NCBI GenBank assembly: GCA_964511015.1
Contig: CAZEDX010000014.1
Span: 10,979 to 74,978, forward strand
Source: an uncultured bacterium
GTDB lineage: Bacteria > Lernaellota > Lernaellaia > Lernaellales > Lernaellaceae
Length of the DNA stretch: 64,000 bases
Direction of reading: 5' to 3'
Shown: piece after piece, positions 58,293-64,000 of the stretch
Position numbering within the stretch: position 1 is the first letter of the stretch
Layout: every line of letters begins with the position of its first letter
Position numbers and translations under genes: made by a program
Notes under the pieces: generated by a model
What the model was told of the DNA's origin: nothing
Databases searched by the model: none
Seen by the model: only the letters and a program-made list of their open reading frames with translations

Positions 58293-58967
58293 CTACTCCG
58301 CCGCCGGCGCCGGAGCGGCCGGTTCGACCGCGGGTTCGCTTTCCGCCATCGGCTCGGGTGGCGGCGGGGGGAGTTCCCGCGGGTTTTCTTTCAACGTGGC
58401 CAGCAACACCAGTTCCCACAGGTTGTTGTCTTCCAGCGGCGCTTCCGACCGCTGCAACGCGGCAGTATGACTCTGCACGAGCAAACGGCCGGCCATTGCC
58501 GCGCGGTAGTCTTTCTTAAAGCCCTTCTTGGTGACCAGCAGCTTGCGGAACACCTTGTCGCACTTCTCTACGAACTCGTCGGTTACCAGCGGTTCGAGCA
58601 CCGTGCGCCGTTTGCCGTGCCAGTATTCCTCGAACTCCTCGGCGTAGGCCGGCAAGTCGTCGCGCTTGGCATAGAGGTCGGCCAGGGGCGCACGATCGGC
58701 CGCCAGGTCGAACTGCGCATACGTCTGTTCGGGATCGTAACGCAGCGTTTGCAGGTCGGGATCGGACTTGAACAACTCCGCCAAGTGTAGCACGTTGCGC
58801 ATAAAGTTCTGGACGTTGCCGAACTCACTGAGCATTTGGTGCTGGACGGCGTTTTCGCTGACAGCCAGATGTACCTTGGCTTGCTTCCGCTGCTTTTCCT
58901 TCTGATGCTTTTTCATCGCCTGGCGTGCCCGACGCTGCGCCGCGGCTTTTGCTGTCTTTTTCGCCAT
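58293..58967 (-). CDS. Hypothetical protein with highly basic N-terminus
   Basis: MAKKTAKAAAQRRARQAMKKHQKEKQRKQAK..., with Pro-rich C-terminus. Confidence 0.5.
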   Translation of the reverse strand: MAKKTAKAAAQRRARQAMKKHQKEKQRKQAKVHLAVSENAVQHQMLSEFGNVQNFMRNVLHLAELFKSDPDLQTLRYDPEQTYAQFDLAADRAPLADLYAKRDDLPAYAEEFEEYWHGKRRTVLEPLVTDEFVEKCDKVFRKLLVTKKGFKKDYRAAMAGRLLVQSHTAALQRSEAPLEDNNLWELVLLATLKENPRELPPPPPEPMAESEPAVEPAAPAPAAE

Positions 58968-59029
58968 GATGCACCTCGCTGCAAATTGAACAACCCATTA
59001 TTAACACGCGAGCGGCCGAGAATAAAGTA

Positions 59030-59051
59030 GGGGCGCGGCCGGCCGCGCCCC
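59030..59051 (-). terminator. Perfect 22-nt palindrome GGGGCGCGGCCGGCCGCGCCCC; terminator of the CRTAC1-like gene
   Basis: Followed on the minus strand by TACTTTATTCTC. Confidence 0.55.
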
Positions 59052-59077
59052 GGAGGTTTGATTGATCGAAATGGGCG

Positions 59078-61429
59078 CTATTCGTAGGCGATGGTCGGGT
59101 CGCCCTCGGTCAGCGTGATGAACGAATTGACGTTCGCCGCGTTCCAGGTTTCGACTTCGCCGGTCGGCCATTGCACTTCGATCGAGTCGATCGCGCCTTC
59201 GGTGCGCAGGCCGAAGTGCTGGCGGAGCTGCGGCGTGGCGCCGTAATGGCCGCGCGGACCCTGCACATAACGTACCTGCACCAGGCTGCCGGCGGTCACG
59301 GTGATCTTCGCGCCGATTGCGTCGCGGTTCGAATCCGTGCCGACCAGGCGGATCTGCACCCAGTTGTAACCGGTGTCCAGGTCGTTGCGGAACAGGAACA
59401 CGCCGCCGCCCGGGCTGCGGTAAGCGGCGAGCAGGTCGAGGTCGCCGTCGGCGTCGAAGTCCGCCCAGGCGTTGCCGGTGCAATCGTGAACGGCCACGCC
59501 CGCCCAGTAGGTCGTGTCCATGAGCGTGCCGTCTTCCTGCTGCTCGTAGATGCGGCTGTAGTGGCCGTCGTAGAGGGCCGACATGAACAGGTCGAGGCGG
59601 CCGTCGTTGTTGTAGTCGATGAAGCTCGGATCGACGTCGCCTTCGTCCACGCCGAAGCCCAGTTCTTCGTTGGCGATGGTGTAGACGTAGTCTTCTTCCG
59701 GGCCGCCGTTCAAGCTGATGCTCGATGGGCCGGAATCGGGCTGATAGCGCGGGTGGGCAATCATCGACAACACGGCGTCGAAGTAGCCGTCGTTGTTGAT
59801 GTCGCCGAAGTCGCTGCCGAAGCCGTTGCCCGCTTGGCGATCGCGCGCGGCGTCGAGGTGCTTTTCGTGGCCGACTTCGTCGAACGTGCCGTCGCCGTTG
59901 TTTTCGAACAGGAAGCTGCGCATGCGGCCGTAGTTGGAGACGAAGATGTCGTACCAACCGTCGTTGTTGTAGTCGACCCAGTTCACGCCGTAGCAGGCGG
60001 CCGGGCTGCCTTCGTTGACGCCGGATGCGGCGGAGACGTCGGTGAAGGTGCCGTCGCCTTCATTGTGGAACAGGTAGTCCGGATCGCAAGGCGAATACGG
60101 ATACTCTTTCAACCAGGCGCCGACGTAGAGGTCGAGCCAGCCGTCGCGGTCGTAGTCGCCGAGCGACGCACTCGACAGGTTGCCGTACACCGCCAGGCCG
60201 GAATCGGTCTTTGGCGTGAAGTGTCCGCTGCCGTCGTTTTCGAGAATCAGGCTGAAGTGCTCTTCCACTGTGTCGTCGTCCGCGGTGGTATCGTCGTCGG
60301 CCGTGTCGTCGTCGGCCGTATCATCGTCCGCCGTATCGTCGTCCGCCGTGTTTTTGTCGGCCTTGTCGCCGCCGCGGGCCGTGGGCCACGGCACCGGCGC
60401 GATGATGATTGCGTCCTGGTCGCCGTCGTTGTCGTAGTCGACCATGGCCGTGGTTTGCGAATAGTATTCGCCGTTCAGCCCGCTTTCGGCCGACAGGTCG
60501 GTGAACGTGCCGTCGCCGTTGTTGTCGTAGTACACGATGCGGCTGCCGAGCGTCGCGTCGCCCAGCTTGGTCAGGATCATGTCGTAGTCGCCATCGCCGT
60601 CGATGTCGGACCACGCGGTGCGGTGCTGGCCGGTCACGTTGATGCCGGCATCGATGGTGACGTCGGTGAAGTATGACGGCTTGTCCCACACGCAAAAGCG
60701 GTTACCGACCAGGTGAATCATGTAGTAGTAGGAGGCATAGCCCCACTCGAACGGCTCGTTCTCGATGGCCCATTCTTCCTGGTAGTAGCGGCTGCGCAGG
60801 TAGGTGTTGGGCGCGTGGCTGTAGGCCAGCGTGGGCAAGCCGTTGTCGGACAGATGCTCGTAGATGACCCAGAACTTCGTGCTGGGCATGAACATCAAAC
60901 CCTTGTCGGAGACGTCGACTTCGACCCAACCTTCTTGGGTTACGTCGACGGTGACCGGTTCCATGTATTCGACCGGCGTCACGTCTTCGTTCAGCGGCTG
61001 CAGCGTCGGTTCCGAACCCAGCAGGTCGGCGTATACGTGGATCTTCGCCTGGCCGCCCGGTTCCATGAAGTACATCTTGATCTTCTGCACGTGGAAGGGT
61101 GTGTCGAGAATGAACTGCGTGCCTTCCATTTCGCCATTGAGGTATTCGTCTTCGCCGTACAACGGGTCGTTGTCGTCGATGTAGAACTCGCCGGCTTCGG
61201 CTGCGCAAGGATTGTCGTACCAGCTGCAATGTGCCGCGTACTGGTCGAGCAACGGATCGCCGCACTGGCCGGAGGTGTCGTCATCGGCCGTGTCGTCGTC
61301 GCTGTCGTCGTCGCCGCCGCCATTGTCGTCATCGTCGTCACCGCCGCCGCAATCACAACCGGCCGCGGCGATCAACGCGAGAAAGGACAAAAACAAAAGA
61401 AAACCCAACCCAAAACGTTTCATGATCAA
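59078..61429 (-). CDS. CRTAC1-family lipoprotein (FG-GAP/VCBS-like repeats + ASPIC/UnbV C-terminal domain) with N-terminal poly-Asp tether and internal (TADDD)n insert
   Basis: Lipobox FLALIAAAGCDCGGGDDDDDNGGGDDDSDDD. Repeats DIDGDGDYDMIL, VDYDNDGDQDAII, DYDRDGWLDLYVG. UnbV_ASPIC-like end NRDAIGAKITVTAG...QLRQHFGLRTEGAIDSIEVQWPTGE. Confidence 0.75.
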   Translation of the reverse strand: MIMKRFGLGFLLFLSFLALIAAAGCDCGGGDDDDDNGGGDDDSDDDTADDDTSGQCGDPLLDQYAAHCSWYDNPCAAEAGEFYIDDNDPLYGEDEYLNGEMEGTQFILDTPFHVQKIKMYFMEPGGQAKIHVYADLLGSEPTLQPLNEDVTPVEYMEPVTVDVTQEGWVEVDVSDKGLMFMPSTKFWVIYEHLSDNGLPTLAYSHAPNTYLRSRYYQEEWAIENEPFEWGYASYYYMIHLVGNRFCVWDKPSYFTDVTIDAGINVTGQHRTAWSDIDGDGDYDMILTKLGDATLGSRIVYYDNNGDGTFTDLSAESGLNGEYYSQTTAMVDYDNDGDQDAIIIAPVPWPTARGGDKADKNTADDDTADDDTADDDTADDDTTADDDTVEEHFSLILENDGSGHFTPKTDSGLAVYGNLSSASLGDYDRDGWLDLYVGAWLKEYPYSPCDPDYLFHNEGDGTFTDVSAASGVNEGSPAACYGVNWVDYNNDGWYDIFVSNYGRMRSFLFENNGDGTFDEVGHEKHLDAARDRQAGNGFGSDFGDINNDGYFDAVLSMIAHPRYQPDSGPSSISLNGGPEEDYVYTIANEELGFGVDEGDVDPSFIDYNNDGRLDLFMSALYDGHYSRIYEQQEDGTLMDTTYWAGVAVHDCTGNAWADFDADGDLDLLAAYRSPGGGVFLFRNDLDTGYNWVQIRLVGTDSNRDAIGAKITVTAGSLVQVRYVQGPRGHYGATPQLRQHFGLRTEGAIDSIEVQWPTGEVETWNAANVNSFITLTEGDPTIAYE
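60286..60350 (-). repeat. 15-bp tandem codon repeat encoding (TADDD)x4 inside the CRTAC1-like gene
   Basis: GTCGTCGGCCGTRTC-type units repeated four times. Confidence 0.85.
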
Positions 61430-61525
61430 TCGCTCCTTATTGCGGTTCGCAGCGCGGATTATTGCCGATTCAGGCGGTCTTGGGAAGCGGCGGGCGTGTA
61501 CGGCACCCGCCTCAAAATCGCCTGT

Positions 61526-62773
61526 CTATTCCCACACATACAACTGTACGGACAGAAGCTCGATTGGCGTGGTGTGGTAACTGCCGTTGTAGTCGCAGTT
61601 GCCGGGCTGATCGTCGAACACACAGCCTTCGCAGTAATTGTTTTCGTCTCCGGCGCCGGGGCGGCAGGTGTTTTCGTAGGCCACGCCCTCGTCCACTACG
61701 ATGTCGTAGCCAATGACGTTTTCCACGCCGGCCAACACGTCGTCGGTCACGTCGACGATTTGCGGCTCCACCGGCGCGCCCGGGCACCAGCCGTTGCGGT
61801 TGTAGGGCCAGGTGCCGTCCTGGTCCTTCAACGGATTGTGCGCGCAGTCGCCGCGCCAGGGATTGAACCAATACGAAGTGCCGTTGACCAGCACCTGATG
61901 GTCGAGCGAGCAGAACTCGCCGCAGTTGCTTCGGTTGCCTTGGCCGTGGCCGGTGGCGACCACGCGCAGTTCCGCGCGCGAAACGGTGGCTGGCAGCAGG
62001 GCCGTCGCCTCGCCGAGCTGCGTGGGCACGGAATTGTCGGGGTTGCCGAGCTCCAGCACGACCCACGGCCAAAGATTGAAGATCTGGTCGGGCGTGTTTT
62101 CGTCCTTCGCCGGGTGGAAGATGAACTTGAGCGTCACGCGCCAACCATGGCCGGAGGACGAGTCGGGCCCAACCCAGGTGTCGATCAGCGAGCGGATCGT
62201 TTGCGTGCCGACCAGCAGGTTTTTGTAGGCCGTCACGTCGACCAGCATGCACATGCCGATGTTGTACGGCGTGATGTAACGCCACAACTCCATCACCTCT
62301 TCGTCGACCGTACCCGGATCGTTGACCAGATAAACGCTGGCCAGGCGGTCCCAATCGTCGCAATCGCCGTCGGCGGGGCAGGACAGTTCCAGGCGCATGG
62401 TCACCTGCTCCCAATCGCCGGAGGTCGGGAAATTCACCTCGGCATTGATCGTGCGCAGGTCGGGGTCGCCGTAGTACTGATCGGCCAGGTCGAAGGCCGT
62501 GATCACCGTGGCGTCGGCCGGCTCGTCTTCCTCGGTGCAGCCGTACCACGGCGGACCGGGCCATTCTTCTTCAACCGTGTCATCGTCGGCGGTGTCGTCG
62601 TCGGCGGTGTCGTCATCCACGTCGTCGTCGTCGCCGTCATCGTCATCGTCATCACCGGCATCGTCATCAATCGCGTCGTCGTCGGCCCCATCGTCGTTGT
62701 CGTCGTCGTCGCCGACGCACGCGGTGAAGGAAAACAACGCCAGCAACAAAGCCAGCAGCAACCACTGTTTCAT
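61526..62773 (-). CDS. Lipoprotein with poly-Asp tether and Cys-rich C-terminal domain of unknown function
   Basis: MKQWLLLALLLALFSFTACVGDDDDNDDGADDD... C-terminal domain has conserved Cys pairs. 4-nt overlap with corA upstream. Confidence 0.6.
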   Translation of the reverse strand: MKQWLLLALLLALFSFTACVGDDDDNDDGADDDAIDDDAGDDDDDDGDDDDVDDDTADDDTADDDTVEEEWPGPPWYGCTEEDEPADATVITAFDLADQYYGDPDLRTINAEVNFPTSGDWEQVTMRLELSCPADGDCDDWDRLASVYLVNDPGTVDEEVMELWRYITPYNIGMCMLVDVTAYKNLLVGTQTIRSLIDTWVGPDSSSGHGWRVTLKFIFHPAKDENTPDQIFNLWPWVVLELGNPDNSVPTQLGEATALLPATVSRAELRVVATGHGQGNRSNCGEFCSLDHQVLVNGTSYWFNPWRGDCAHNPLKDQDGTWPYNRNGWCPGAPVEPQIVDVTDDVLAGVENVIGYDIVVDEGVAYENTCRPGAGDENNYCEGCVFDDQPGNCDYNGSYHTTPIELLSVQLYVWE

Positions 62774-63912
62774 TGTCTGTTCTCCTTTGTTTTCTCGGCG
62801 GTGGAGGCGGGCCGCTTGTGGCTACCGATCCACCCGCTGGCCCAGAAGTAGCCCAGCAGGCCCAGGGTGACCGCGGCCATCAGCCCGAGCGCGAACAGGT
62901 AACCATAGCGCCAGCGAAGCTCGGGCATGTTTAGCGGCCCGGCGTCGGGGCTGAAGTTCATGCCGTAGATGCTGGCGATAAATGACAGCGGAATGAAAAT
63001 CGTGGCAATGATGGTGAGCACCGTCATGATCTCGTTGAGGCGGCTGGTGAACGAGGCGTGATAAACGTCCATCAACCCCAATGCGTTTTCGCGGAACGAC
63101 TCGACGCGATCGATGATCGTCGACACGTGATCGTGGCAGTCGCGCAGATGGGTGCGCGTTTCGTCCGACAACAGCGGGTTGTCGTCGCGCAGCAGTTGAT
63201 AGATTGCCTCCTTCAACGGCGCCACTAGGCGGCGCATGCCGATAGCTTCCTGTTTGATCTGGTAGATGCGCGCACCGGCGGTCTTATCGGCTTGAGCCAA
63301 AATCGATTCCTCCAGCCGGTCGAGCCGATCCTCGAGTTCGTCCATCACCGGGAAGTAGCGGTCGATCGTCGCGTCCAACAGGGCATAGGCCAGGTAGTCG
63401 GCACCCATCTGGCGAATGCGTCCGCGCCCCTGGCGGATCCGGTCGCGCACCGGCTCGAAGCAATCGCCCGGGCGTTCCTGGAACATCAACACAAAGCCGT
63501 CGCCGACGAACAGGCTGATCTGCTCGTTGTCCCATTCCGGGTTGACGTCGAGCATACGCGCCACGATGAAGTAGCCGCTCTGGTAGGTCTCGATCTTCGG
63601 CCGTTGCGCGGTGCTGGTCACGTCCTCCAGCGCCAGCCGATGGAGGTGGAAGACCTGGCCCAACTCCTCGATTGTGGTGGCGTCGCCCAGGCCCGCGACA
63701 TTCACCCACATCACCGGCCACCGGCTCTGCAGCGCCGGCAAGGCTTTCGGATCGGTGATCGCCTGTTCGACAAAACCGTCCGGTCCATAGGCCAGCACAT
63801 CAATGACCGGACGGGGTGAAGTCGGATCGGCGACGATCGTGCCCGGCGACATGCCGGGCGCATGGGCGGTGGGCCGGTGCTTGCGCCGGCGACCGCGATG
63901 GTGAGTGGCCAT
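62770..63912 (-). CDS. corA: CorA-family Mg2+/Co2+ transporter
   Basis: C-terminal two TM helices with the YGMNF (GMN) motif. Start at MATHHRG with GGAG RBS. The longer ORF to 63996 is possible. Confidence 0.8.
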   Translation of the reverse strand: MATHHRGRRRKHRPTAHAPGMSPGTIVADPTSPRPVIDVLAYGPDGFVEQAITDPKALPALQSRWPVMWVNVAGLGDATTIEELGQVFHLHRLALEDVTSTAQRPKIETYQSGYFIVARMLDVNPEWDNEQISLFVGDGFVLMFQERPGDCFEPVRDRIRQGRGRIRQMGADYLAYALLDATIDRYFPVMDELEDRLDRLEESILAQADKTAGARIYQIKQEAIGMRRLVAPLKEAIYQLLRDDNPLLSDETRTHLRDCHDHVSTIIDRVESFRENALGLMDVYHASFTSRLNEIMTVLTIIATIFIPLSFIASIYGMNFSPDAGPLNMPELRWRYGYLFALGLMAAVTLGLLGYFWASGWIGSHKRPASTAEKTKENRQ

Positions 63913-64000
63913 GACGACTCCGGTAGGTATTTCGTTTGCGCCATCATCCTCCGTGCGCCGGGCCGCGTCAAGAAAAGCATGCTCGGCAGCGAGCATCCAT

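Overview
High-GC (~65-68%) bacterial chromosomal segment with ~55 genes. It is dominated by secreted or membrane-tethered proteins. Myxococcus-type cysteine-rich repeats (CxDGxxCNGxExC), MopE-like metal-binding motifs, sigma54-driven pilin-like genes and long poly-Asp linkers suggest a Myxococcota-like organism. I could not run a search, so this placement is tentative.

Housekeeping genes, all high confidence: an ABC ATPase, an Rrf2 regulator, cbiM/PDGLE (Ni/Co uptake), recO, an oxaloacetate decarboxylase alpha / pyruvate carboxylase B subunit, degP, pepP, glnN (GSIII), rluA-family pseudouridine synthase, dapA, dapB, an FAH-family hydrolase, corA, and a GH13 amylase with MBL-fold hydrolases.

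Main findings:
- At least seven secreted proteins end in a poly-Asp linker followed directly by GCGC-COOH (one variant ends GGGGCNG). Their cargo domains are unrelated: S8 subtilase, C25 gingipain-like peptidase, CBM9 triplet, 7-blade propeller, FG-GAP protein and a small orphan. No hydrophobic helix follows the Cys, which makes this a candidate undescribed C-terminal anchoring or sorting signal.
- At least five lipoproteins carry the mirror arrangement: lipobox Cys, then Gly-Gly, then a poly-Asp tether. These include a tetraheme cytochrome c, an S41 peptidase and a CRTAC1/ASPIC-UnbV protein. One protein carries both ends.
- A ~5.7 kb lower-GC island follows the 3' end of the decarboxylase gene. 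That gene's last 75 bp are duplicated 3 kb downstream as an att-like scar. The island carries an orphan RHS C-terminal toxin with two paralogous small membrane proteins that look like immunity proteins, plus another GCGC-tail protein.
- Two paralogous type-IV-pilin-like genes share sigma54 promoters, a conserved upstream dyad, and a novel Cys-rich C-terminal module.
- Smaller observations: a serpin relic with a large internal deletion, an SGNH hydrolase pseudogene with an in-frame TAA, and several clean GC-rich terminator palindromes. The Asp linkers are encoded by 12/15-bp tandem codon repeats that should be prone to length variation.
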